The notes: a model not told the origin generated them from the sequence alone. 40,328 bases of DNA from Bacteroidaceae bacterium (GCA_017963785.1 JAGCTG010000032.1:1-40328), one strand, 5' to 3'. Shown: positions 9,006-16,856, counted from the stretch's first letter. Made by a program: numbers and translations.

Positions 9006-9722
9006 CTACTTGGAATCGTAGCTACTTTCAGAACCTACGCCAAAGTTGAGGCTTTCCAATAGGTTTCCTGCAGAGTCATAATGTTTGCCATATACCACAA
9101 ATCCATTATAGAACTCGCCTATTACATAATCACCCGCATCAGCTGTACGTCCCTTCATGTCGTTACGATTAATCTGACGTGTAGTGGTATAGGTGAGCCG
9201 GCCTTGACCATGAGGATAGCCATCCTTAATTGCTCCGCTGTATTTACCGTAACTCAAACGTAGCGTCCCATTGCTCTGCGCAGGTGCTGGTGAAGGTACA
9301 GGAGCAGGTGCTGCATTCTTTACTATTACCTTAGTACGAGTATCCTTAATGGTATCGTGCACTACCACAGTATCTTTTTTCGCAGGAGTATCTGCTGCTT
9401 CTTTAATTAAGGTGCTGTCAACAGTAGTAGTATCAGAAGCTACCGCAAGTTCCTTCTTATCGGAAGAGCCGCTAAAAAGTTTTGTGCAGAGTAAGACAAT
9501 TGCTGCAACAGCCAGCAATGCGATAATTGTCCACAGTATTTTTTTGTTTCCTTTCTTGGGAGGAGGACATTTGCGCAACTCTTTTCCGCACTCGGAGCAA
9601 ACAAAGTCTCTTCGCATTGAGACTTGCTGCACTTCCTTGGTTTTACACTTTGGGCACTCATCATTCAGACAAATGCCGTATTGCATACGATTGCTGTCAG
9701 ACGGTCTAATATTTCTTGGCAT
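9006..9722 (-). CDS. Bitopic membrane protein: N-terminal zinc ribbon, one TM helix, Thr/Pro/Ala-rich linker, C-terminal MORN repeats
   Basis: CPKC...CSEC forms two CxxC pairs at aa 23-46. TM helix: ILWTIIALLAVAAIVLLCTKLF. MORN-like units: YSGAIKDGYPHGQGRLTY and YVIGEFYNGFVVYGKHYD. Confidence 0.7.
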   Translation of the reverse strand: MPRNIRPSDSNRMQYGICLNDECPKCKTKEVQQVSMRRDFVCSECGKELRKCPPPKKGNKKILWTIIALLAVAAIVLLCTKLFSGSSDKKELAVASDTTTVDSTLIKEAADTPAKKDTVVVHDTIKDTRTKVIVKNAAPAPVPSPAPAQSNGTLRLSYGKYSGAIKDGYPHGQGRLTYTTTRQINRNDMKGRTADAGDYVIGEFYNGFVVYGKHYDSAGNLLESLNFGVGSESSYDSK

Positions 9723-9758
9723 CTTTGTATTATTTTTCTATTTGACTAATATATTTTC

Positions 9759-12700
9759 TTACATTGAAGGAGGCATTGGCGGGGGCATGCTACCAGGTGT
9801 TGGAGGTGCTGGTGGTGTAACCGTAGGAGCAAACAGCCCCTGCAACTCAACAACTTGTGCTGCAGCAGTCCATGAAGCCATGCCCTGTTGCCACACCATA
9901 GTCTGTGGGGTTAACTGACCATTTGCCACAAACTGACGTAGTGTCGCGTAGTCATATGGTCCATATTGCTGGCCTCCAATATATAAAAACATTTGCACCT
10001 GCGGTTCTGCAGTTGGCATTGGCGGAGGCGTTGCTATTGTCGTCGTTTCTTTTATCTGTTGCTTTGATGGCGGAGGTGTTGCAGTCGTTGTCGTTTCTAC
10101 GCTCTTATTTGCTGCTTTGTCAACTACAAAAATACTTGGCAAGTCTTTTCCATCACCTTCTGTATGAAGAAGAATTGCATTTGTCACATCAGTTGCTCTG
10201 TTCCCTGTATGCAGGAAGTCCTCATACTTCTTCTTATATCCCTGCAGCCAATCTGCACATCGCATCGGGAAACAATAAGCTACCGTAATAATGGACAATT
10301 CATTGTCGCGCGGACTCTGAGTGTTAAATACTATATCGGTAATAGCTGTTCCCTGAGTAAAACTGCTCTTAAATGCTCTTTCTAGTTTTTCTGCAAATGC
10401 TTTCTGACTGTCGGTAGCAGGTTTAGGAATAGACACAAGCGTCACCTTCTTATTGATGCTAGCAGGATTAGACGGAGCCAATGGGCCTTCGTTGTTGCGA
10501 ACGTGAAGCTGTATCTGGTCATTGTTGAGCTTGAGGAACACCCCACTCTGCTGTGTAATCTTATATGCAAAGCTACGTATCTCTTCTTCTGTACTGAACT
10601 TCTGCTGAAGTTGGGTGAGGATATTCAATCCGAGTACTTTCTTATCAGCATCCGCCTGTTCATTATGCTTGGTGCGCACAATCTCACTGAGTTTTATGTC
10701 GAAAGCATCTCGAATCTGATCGATACTTATATCGGAAGCCAAACGTCCAAAATTAACGAACTCAGTTTGTGGCAAAATAGCAGTCCTTAACTGACTAGCG
10801 ATAGTGGGCATATCTGTCTTATCAAGTTTAAGCTCAACCTCAAAGGTCTGCATTGTTTCCTCTTCACTGACCTCAATGATTGGGCCTTTCATGTCTTCAA
10901 GGCCTTTGTTGACTTTCTTCTGCGCTGCAATAAGTTTTTCCGTTTCTTCAATAGCGGTGCTTATTACCTGACCAAAGGCACTAATGTCAATGTCCATATT
11001 TTGCAACTCGTTAAGGATCTTCGTTGCAAGTGATTTCGCAAATTGTAGGGCAACCATTCGAGTGCGCTCTGTATAGAAGTCGGCAAGATCGTTCTGGTGG
11101 CGACTATATATACGCTTTCCTACATTTGCGATACGCTTAATCAAGCTAAGATTGCTCCATTCTATAACATTATCTTTGCAATCCTGTTGTATAGCCGTTA
11201 CTGTTTCTGCATTCTTAATAATGGCATCGTCAATATGAGTGCGAATTTCTGTTATCTTCTCAAGAAGGAGAGCAGAAACCTTCTGGAGTTCCACAATAGA
11301 GATATCGCCGTCTTTCCATTTTTCAAAAAGCTCACGCTCTATAATTCCACGTATTTCTTTGGCCATATCGGGAATCGAATGTGATTTATCACGATAGAAC
11401 GCTTCAACTCCTACTCCACGGAATTGCTTTGCAAAATATTCCTCATTAAGAATAGCATCAAGTTCATTCAGTGGACATGCATCTTTGTTAAACGAAGGAT
11501 CATTAAGAGGATAACTTACTGCCTTATCGTGCCAATACTCTGAAAATGCAGGATGCTTCTTATCACTCTTCAGAATACGAGTATCGAGTGTAAGATGACG
11601 TTCGTCAAGCATCCAACGTTCCATGTTATTATCGTTGAGGTATGCCTCGCGATAATCTTTCTTGGCTTCTTCGTCAACATAACCCACTTCGTCACGCCAG
11701 TTATTATATTTGAATTGTAGTAGAACACTTTCACCTACAGTGTAAGTGATGTGTCGAAGAACGCGCAACTCTGGATACATAACACGCTTTACTCCGAAAG
11801 AATTAACCTTCTTAGTACGAGCCACAAGCTTTTGTGCGTTATCAATAATTGTATCATCGCCAAGTTCGTCATACTCCAAGGCGAAATCATCCATATTCTC
11901 ATAGGTGTAAGCGCGAATAATATCTGCATTCACCTGATCTTCAGAATTAATAAGGAAAGTCCTAGCATATACAAAATCACTAACGACCTTGGGTAATTCT
12001 TCGAAAGAATTCAAAGAATGGCCATTATCATTAACGTTGCTATATAGTGTTATACCATTGGCGACACCCTTTACACGGTCACTGAATACCTTTATCTCTG
12101 CTCCGTTTCCTGTTACATCGTGAGGATTAAAACGCCCTGCCTGTAGAGCATTTAGTTCACGAAGAGCAGCATAGCCGTTTTGATAGTAGCGCCCTTGATC
12201 CATATTAGCCTTGGGAAGATTCTGCTCTGGCATCATGGCGTATACACTAATTATTGCATCGGGATACAATTTGCGAGCTTGTACGATAGCATCGATTATG
12301 CTTCCGGAACCAGTACCACCGCAAAGCCCAGCAAAGATATGAATGTTCAAATCGCTGCCACCTTCCTTACCGGAAATCTTGATTATCCTAGCATAAGCAT
12401 TGCGCAAGGCATTAACATAGCCCACAGCATTAGCAGCAAACAAAAGACGACCAGCACGGCGCTTCTGCCCTGCTGCCTCACCTAAGTTGCCGATAGCAGT
12501 CTTAACAGCTCCTGCGTCTTTGATGATTCCTTTCACGCTAGGATAGTTATTGATATGGTCAAGCATATGACCAATATCTGTACTCTTTATATACAGGAAT
12601 TCGTCTTCCGTAAACGAGGCATCCTGACCCATAACGCGAAAATCTGGTCTTGGACGTCCGTCTTTTGGCATCATCTCTCGAGTAGAGTCGATGTATAAAA

Positions 12701-12842
12701 GAGCTACTGGTTGTTTGTTTCTGTCAGAAGACTCAGGAAATTCCTCAAACATTCGCATCTTGAACTCACGGAGGATCTTACCTCCAGTACCACCTAAACC
12801 AACAAGAATGTGATTTTGGCTACAAAAAGTCTTTGCCATCAT
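9759..12842 (-). CDS. Giant tubulin/FtsZ-superfamily GTPase (Tubulin_2 / FtsZ-like type) with proline-rich linkers and a C-terminal GYF_2 domain
   Basis: N-terminal glycine loop: ILVGLGGTGGK (aa 12-22). Tubulin signature: GGTGSG at aa 175-180 (nt 12303-12320, checked codon by codon). GEAAGQKRRAGRLLF precedes it. The C-terminal MFLYIGGQQYGPYDYATLRQFVANGQLTPQTMVWQQGMASWTAAAQVVELQGLF (aa 951-1004, nt 9831-9992) matches the GYF_2 consensus. That domain is flanked by ATPPP/PPMP tracts. Confidence 0.8.
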   Translation of the reverse strand: MMAKTFCSQNHILVGLGGTGGKILREFKMRMFEEFPESSDRNKQPVALLYIDSTREMMPKDGRPRPDFRVMGQDASFTEDEFLYIKSTDIGHMLDHINNYPSVKGIIKDAGAVKTAIGNLGEAAGQKRRAGRLLFAANAVGYVNALRNAYARIIKISGKEGGSDLNIHIFAGLCGGTGSGSIIDAIVQARKLYPDAIISVYAMMPEQNLPKANMDQGRYYQNGYAALRELNALQAGRFNPHDVTGNGAEIKVFSDRVKGVANGITLYSNVNDNGHSLNSFEELPKVVSDFVYARTFLINSEDQVNADIIRAYTYENMDDFALEYDELGDDTIIDNAQKLVARTKKVNSFGVKRVMYPELRVLRHITYTVGESVLLQFKYNNWRDEVGYVDEEAKKDYREAYLNDNNMERWMLDERHLTLDTRILKSDKKHPAFSEYWHDKAVSYPLNDPSFNKDACPLNELDAILNEEYFAKQFRGVGVEAFYRDKSHSIPDMAKEIRGIIERELFEKWKDGDISIVELQKVSALLLEKITEIRTHIDDAIIKNAETVTAIQQDCKDNVIEWSNLSLIKRIANVGKRIYSRHQNDLADFYTERTRMVALQFAKSLATKILNELQNMDIDISAFGQVISTAIEETEKLIAAQKKVNKGLEDMKGPIIEVSEEETMQTFEVELKLDKTDMPTIASQLRTAILPQTEFVNFGRLASDISIDQIRDAFDIKLSEIVRTKHNEQADADKKVLGLNILTQLQQKFSTEEEIRSFAYKITQQSGVFLKLNNDQIQLHVRNNEGPLAPSNPASINKKVTLVSIPKPATDSQKAFAEKLERAFKSSFTQGTAITDIVFNTQSPRDNELSIITVAYCFPMRCADWLQGYKKKYEDFLHTGNRATDVTNAILLHTEGDGKDLPSIFVVDKAANKSVETTTTATPPPSKQQIKETTTIATPPPMPTAEPQVQMFLYIGGQQYGPYDYATLRQFVANGQLTPQTMVWQQGMASWTAAAQVVELQGLFAPTVTPPAPPTPGSMPPPMPPSM

Positions 12843-12866
12843 ATTATAGTTATAAAATTATTGTAT

Positions 12867-12874
12867 CAAAGGTA
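12867..12874 (-). promoter_or_regulatory. Candidate Bacteroidetes -7 box (TACCTTTG) proximal to the tubulin-like gene
   Basis: The reverse complement of caaaggta matches TAnnTTTG and ends about 25 nt upstream of the ATG at 12842. The nearest TTTG (12901-12904) is 26 nt away, longer than the usual spacing of about 19-21 nt. Confidence 0.3.
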
Positions 12875-12957
12875 GTTAACAAATCATTCCCGCAATCCCC
12901 CAAACGAGTGTTGGTATTAGTGTGCACGAAAAAAGCGTAGGGATTTGTCCTTACTCA

Positions 12958-13126
12958 TCTTATTGCGGGTATCGCCAAACACCTTGTCAGAAATGAGTAT
13001 AACTTATCACCTACGCCGTATGCTCGAGCTACGGCGTAAGTGAAGCCGCATGCAACGTTGACATACATGCAAGGCGAACCGTATTCTATATCCTTCTGAC
13101 TTGAAATTGGCGATTTCGCAATAAAG
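12958..13126. repeat. Imperfect long inverted repeat (structured element) of about 170 nt in the mfd/island spacer
   Basis: Hand-paired helices are nested in order: 12960-12967 with 13117-13124 (8 bp), 12971-12978 with 13107-13114 (8 bp), 12986-12992 with 13094-13100 (7 bp), and 12995-13001 with 13087-13093 (6 of 7). An inner hairpin pairs 13007-13020 with 13030-13043 (9+4 bp, one mismatch; loop tgctcgagc). Confidence 0.55.
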
Positions 13127-13178
13127 GATAAAGCGCGGAACGCTTCTTCGGTCTCGGGATTTTTCCCCCAAGACGGTG

Positions 13179-13209
13179 CAAATATAATAAGAATTATTAT
13201 AATAGCAAG
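13179..13209 (-). promoter_or_regulatory. Candidate distal promoter for the island operon (-7 TATATTTG, -33-like CTTG)
   Basis: The reverse complement of caaatata (13179-13186) is TATATTTG, matching TAnnTTTG. CTTG (13206-13209) lies 19 nt upstream, which is canonical spacing. Use of this promoter would give a leader of about 330 nt containing the inverted-repeat element. Confidence 0.35.
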
Positions 13210-13334
13210 AAAATCGCCCTGATTTTCGTATAAAATGGAAAAGCGGGGCGAAGGTTTAAGGCCTTTCAGAATTTCTGAATACTCCGAATAGTAGGAAGAG
13301 TCAGAGGGGGATAAAATCGGGAATTTTTCCGCGT

Positions 13335-16300
13335 TTACTCCTGTGTGGCGATGTCGCGGAGGATGGTAATGAGGGTGTCGATGTCGGGGACGCGGTGGAC
13401 AGTCATGCGGCGGTGGCCGTTGTGCTCGGAGATTTTGCAGTCGGCGAAATGGGCGATGGCGTACTTCAACACTCTGCCGAAGAGGTCGCTCTGATAATAG
13501 GGACTATCGGCACGCCCCACAAAATAGAAGACGGCGCTTCCGCCCTTTGCTACAATACGCTCTATGCCGAGGCTACCCGCCAAAGCACGGGCACCAGGCA
13601 CCTTGAGCAGGTCTTCTACAGGCTGTGGCAAGGGACCGAAACGGTCAGACAAATTCTTTTTGAAATTTGAAATTTGAGAGTTGGACGTTTGGTTTGTGAG
13701 GGCATCGATTTCACGGTAGAGCTGAACACGCTCGCTGCTGCCTGGAATGTAATCGTCGGGGAGGTAGAGGGGGAGGTCAGTCTCGAATATAGTTGAAACT
13801 TGAACCTTGAAATTTGAGAGTTGAATATTTTCTCTCGACTCTTGACACGCTTCCTCATTTAACACACCTCCTCGGCCTTCAGCCACTCCCCCTAGCTTAG
13901 TGGGAGAATAAGAATCTTCGAGCTCGGGGAACTCGTCGGTCTTGAGTTCTTGGACGGCTTCGGTAAGGATTTTTTGGTAGGTCTCGTAACCGAGGTCGGC
14001 TATGAAACCGCTCTGCTCGGCACCGAGGAGGTTGCCAGCTCCGCGTATGTCGAGGTCTTGCATGGCTATCTGGAGCCCACTGCCGAGGTCACTATAGCTC
14101 TCGAGGGCTTCCAGTCGACGGCGACTCTCAACGGGGAGGGTTGCCAGAGGCTGGGTGAGGAGATAGCAGAAGGCCTTGCGGTTGGTGCGCCCCACGCGAC
14201 CACGCATCTGATGGAGGTCGGAAAGACCGAAGCGATGGGCATTATCGATGATAATAGTGTTGGCATTGGGTATGTCGATGCCATTCTCAACGATAGTGGT
14301 AGAGAGTAGCACGTCGTAGTCGCCTCGGATGAAGTCAGTGATGATGCGCTCCAGTTGCTCGGGGGGCATCTGCCCGTGGCCAATGGCCACACGGGCGTCA
14401 GGTACATACTTGGCGATGAGCTGCTGGATATGGGGCAGCGAGGCGATGCGGTTGCACACGAAGAACACCTGTCCCTGTCGGCTTAGCTCAAAGTTGATGG
14501 CGTCGGCTATGACTTCGTGGCTAAAGATGTGCACCTCTGTATGGATGGGATAGCGGTTGGCAGGAGGTGTGGTGAGCACGCTAAGGTCGCGAGCACCCAT
14601 CAGAGAGAACTGCAGGGTGCGCGGGATGGGCGTGGCAGTAAGGGTAAGGGTATCGACATTGACCTTGAGCTGACGAAGCTTCTCCTTGGTGGCAACGCCA
14701 AACTTCTGCTCTTCGTCGATGATAAGAAGGCCTAGGTCATGGAAACGGACTGTCTTGCCCAGCAGTTTGTGGGTGCCGATGACGATCTCTACTTTGCCGT
14801 CGGCGATGCGCTGAATGATGTCACTGGCTTTCTTAGGCGACTGGGCGCGGGTAAGGTACTCTATGGTGACGGGGAAGTTGCGCAGACGTTCGGTGAAGGT
14901 GAGGTAGTGCTGGTAGGCAAGTAGTGTGGTGGGCACAAGCACCGCCACTTGCTTGCCATCGGTGGCTGCCTTGAGGGCTGCACGCACGGCAAGCTCGGTC
15001 TTACCGAAGCCGACATCGCCGCAGACGAGGCGATCCATGGGGCGCGGACTCTCCATGTCGCGCTTTATCTCGGCGGTAACCTTCAGCTGGTCGGGAGTGT
15101 CTTCATAGATGAAGGAGGCCTCAAGCTCATGCTGCATATAGGTGTCGGGGCTGAAAGCAAAGCCTTGCTGACGGCGACGCTCGGAGTAGAGGCGGATAAG
15201 GTCGCGGGCGATATCCTTGATTTTGGTTTTGGTGCGTTCCTTGAGCTGGTTCCACGCACCGGTGCCGAGACGCGAGAGGGCGGGCGGCTCACTGTCGGAG
15301 GAGCGATACTTGCTGACTTTATTGAGAGAGTGGACGGATACATAGACGATGTCGCCGTTCTTGTATTGGAGTTTCATGCGCTCTTGCTCAGAGTTGCCGT
15401 CGGTAACGGTGACAAGGCCCATAAACTGACCCACACCGTGGTCAACGTGGATGACATAGTCGCCTGGCTCAAACTGTCGCATGTCGCGCAGAGAGTGGGC
15501 AAGTTTTCCGTTGGCGGCACTGGCAGCCTTAAGACGGTAGCGGTGGAAGCGGTCGAATATCTGGTGGTCTGTAAAGAAGCAAGCCTTAAGGGTGTCGTCG
15601 ACGAAGCCTGCGTGGAGGGTGAGTTGCACAGGGGTGAAGGTAACGGGGGCACCGGTCTCTTCAAAGATAGCAGCGAGACGCTGGTGCTGCTCGGGGTTGT
15701 CAGCAAGGATATAAAGGTGGTAACCACGCTGCTGATAGTCAGCAAGGGTGGTATTGATGATGTCGAAGTTCTTATGGAAGAAGGGCTGAGGCTGGATTGA
15801 AAATTGAGTATTGAGAATCGAACATTGAGCATTATTTGTAGCAGGGGAGCCTGAAAGGATAATGGAGGGGAAGCCGGCTATGTCGGTGGCAAAGTCGGAG
15901 GGGGAGAGGAGAATGGTTGTATTATTGAGCATTGAACTTTGAGCACTGAGCGTTGTGGCTTCGCGTTCAATGAGTGCCTGTGCACTGAAGCCCTCAGCAT
16001 AAATCTGGGCTATACGGTCGTGAATGAAGGAGGGGTTCTTCTGCACGAGAAGTGCGTTGGAAGGCAGGAACTGGAGGAAACTGACACGGCGATCGTCGGT
16101 GGCGGCAACGAGAGGCACGACAGTGACGGTGTCCACACGCTCCACAGAGAGCTGTGTCTCTACATCGAAGGTGCGAATGCTGTCGAGCTCGTCACCGAAG
16201 AAGTCGAGACGGTAAGGATGCTCGCTGGAGTAAGAGAAAATGTCGATGATGCTACCGCGGATGGCAAACTGGCCTGGCTCGTAGACGTAGTCAACATGCT

Positions 16301-16856
16301 GGAAGCCGAGGGTGAAAAGCTCACTCTCGAGTCCGGCAAAGTCATAGGTCTCCCCTACCCTAAAGGTCTTCATCTTAGCCTGCAGACTGGAGCGGGTGAC
16401 AACTTTGACCGAGAGGGCCTCGGGGTAAGTGACTATAAAAGTTGTTGAGTTCGAAAGTTGTGCATTTGTAAAGTTATCTTTCGAATTTTCGAGAACGGCA
16501 CTGAGTGTGTCGGTGCGCATTATCTCGTTGGCTGGATCTATCTGGGCATACTTGACCCCACGACGGTAGGGAGAAGGGAAGAAAAAAGATTGATAACTGA
16601 CTCTCGACTCTTGACTCTTCTGAAGGGAGATAAGGTCGTTGTAGAAGTAGGCAGCCTCATCGTGGTCGTGGAGGATAACTAGGATGGCACGCGACTCCGG
16701 TAGGTTGGCTGGTAGCCCGCTGAGCATGGCGGCAGCAGCAGAGCCCTGCAGGCCCTCGGCATAAAGGTATTCGCCAGGCTTGAGAGTCTGCACCTTCTTG
16801 GCCATGGCCTTGACCACGGGATGGTGCTCAAAGAGTTCGAGGGTTCGAGAGTTCAA
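13335..16856 (-). CDS. mfd: Transcription-repair coupling factor Mfd
   Basis: Motifs: Walker A GDVGFGKTE, DEEQKFG, TATPIPRTL, GRVGR, and a CarD-like region (GDYVIHVDHGVGQF). The start is uncertain: the frame opens with TTG at 16856 and no upstream ATG precedes the stop at 16869-16871. Carries six AT-rich periodic tracts in frame. Confidence 0.95.
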   Translation of the reverse strand: MNSRTLELFEHHPVVKAMAKKVQTLKPGEYLYAEGLQGSAAAAMLSGLPANLPESRAILVILHDHDEAAYFYNDLISLQKSQESRVSYQSFFFPSPYRRGVKYAQIDPANEIMRTDTLSAVLENSKDNFTNAQLSNSTTFIVTYPEALSVKVVTRSSLQAKMKTFRVGETYDFAGLESELFTLGFQHVDYVYEPGQFAIRGSIIDIFSYSSEHPYRLDFFGDELDSIRTFDVETQLSVERVDTVTVVPLVAATDDRRVSFLQFLPSNALLVQKNPSFIHDRIAQIYAEGFSAQALIEREATTLSAQSSMLNNTTILLSPSDFATDIAGFPSIILSGSPATNNAQCSILNTQFSIQPQPFFHKNFDIINTTLADYQQRGYHLYILADNPEQHQRLAAIFEETGAPVTFTPVQLTLHAGFVDDTLKACFFTDHQIFDRFHRYRLKAASAANGKLAHSLRDMRQFEPGDYVIHVDHGVGQFMGLVTVTDGNSEQERMKLQYKNGDIVYVSVHSLNKVSKYRSSDSEPPALSRLGTGAWNQLKERTKTKIKDIARDLIRLYSERRRQQGFAFSPDTYMQHELEASFIYEDTPDQLKVTAEIKRDMESPRPMDRLVCGDVGFGKTELAVRAALKAATDGKQVAVLVPTTLLAYQHYLTFTERLRNFPVTIEYLTRAQSPKKASDIIQRIADGKVEIVIGTHKLLGKTVRFHDLGLLIIDEEQKFGVATKEKLRQLKVNVDTLTLTATPIPRTLQFSLMGARDLSVLTTPPANRYPIHTEVHIFSHEVIADAINFELSRQGQVFFVCNRIASLPHIQQLIAKYVPDARVAIGHGQMPPEQLERIITDFIRGDYDVLLSTTIVENGIDIPNANTIIIDNAHRFGLSDLHQMRGRVGRTNRKAFCYLLTQPLATLPVESRRRLEALESYSDLGSGLQIAMQDLDIRGAGNLLGAEQSGFIADLGYETYQKILTEAVQELKTDEFPELEDSYSPTKLGGVAEGRGGVLNEEACQESRENIQLSNFKVQVSTIFETDLPLYLPDDYIPGSSERVQLYREIDALTNQTSNSQISNFKKNLSDRFGPLPQPVEDLLKVPGARALAGSLGIERIVAKGGSAVFYFVGRADSPYYQSDLFGRVLKYAIAHFADCKISEHNGHRRMTVHRVPDIDTLITILRDIATQE
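13659..13700. repeat. Degenerate heptamer tract inside mfd (tttgaaa tttgaaa tttgaga gttggac gtttggt ttgtgag)
   Basis: 7-nt register counted by hand. Encodes the ...TNQTSNSQISNFKK... segment of Mfd. Confidence 0.7.
13792..13847. repeat. Degenerate heptamer tract inside mfd, 8 units
   Basis: Units: gttgaaa cttgaac cttgaaa tttgaga gttgaat attttct ctcgact cttgaca. Encodes ...QESRENIQLSNFKVQVSTI... Confidence 0.7.
15796..15837. repeat. Heptamer tract inside mfd (attgaaa attgagt attgaga atcgaac attgagc attattt)
   Basis: 7-nt register counted by hand. Encodes ...NNAQCSILNTQFSIQ... Confidence 0.75.
15924..15958. repeat. Heptamer tract inside mfd (attgagc attgaac tttgagc actgagc gttgtgg)
   Basis: 7-nt register counted by hand. 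Same CATTGAR family as the tract at 40280-40328, but on the opposite strand. Confidence 0.7.
16441..16496. repeat. Octamer-periodic tract inside mfd
   Basis: Units: gttgttga gttcgaaa gttgtgca tttgtaaa gttatctt tcgaattt tcgagaac. Encodes ...NSKDNFTNAQLSNSTT... Confidence 0.6.
16592..16619. repeat. Heptamer tract inside mfd (gataact gactctc gactctt gactctt)
   Basis: Same GACTCTY family as 17737-17792. Encodes ...QKSQESRVSY... Confidence 0.65.

Noticed and set aside
9271-9918. A 215-aa plus-strand ORF overlapping the MORN gene and the 3' end of the tubulin-like gene.
   Set aside because: It is antisense to two ORFs with clear domain signatures. Its translation is low complexity (GAG/GGG runs mirror the Pro/Ala-rich tracts on the other strand). 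No start context or motif supports it.
298-13208. The 13-nt near-identical direct repeat attataatggcaa (298-310) and attataatagcaa (13196-13208) as possible att-like island borders.
   Set aside because: It is a 12/13 match in AT-rich DNA. My rough estimate is that about one such match is expected by chance between the two spacers. The IS fragment also suggests the real left border lies outside the window.
14949-15800. Long plus-strand ORFs in the GC-rich half: 14949-15800 (283 aa), 24320-25087 (255 aa), 27231-27953 (240 aa), 32054-32848 (264 aa), 34827-35552 (241 aa), 19735-20298 (187 aa) and many shorter ones.
   Set aside because: All lie antisense to strongly recognisable genes (mfd, M20 dipeptidase, OPT transporter, RND permease, MFP, sigma-54 activator). 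They have Gly/Ala/Val/His/Leu-rich low-complexity translations typical of antisense frames in GC-rich DNA. None shows any motif.
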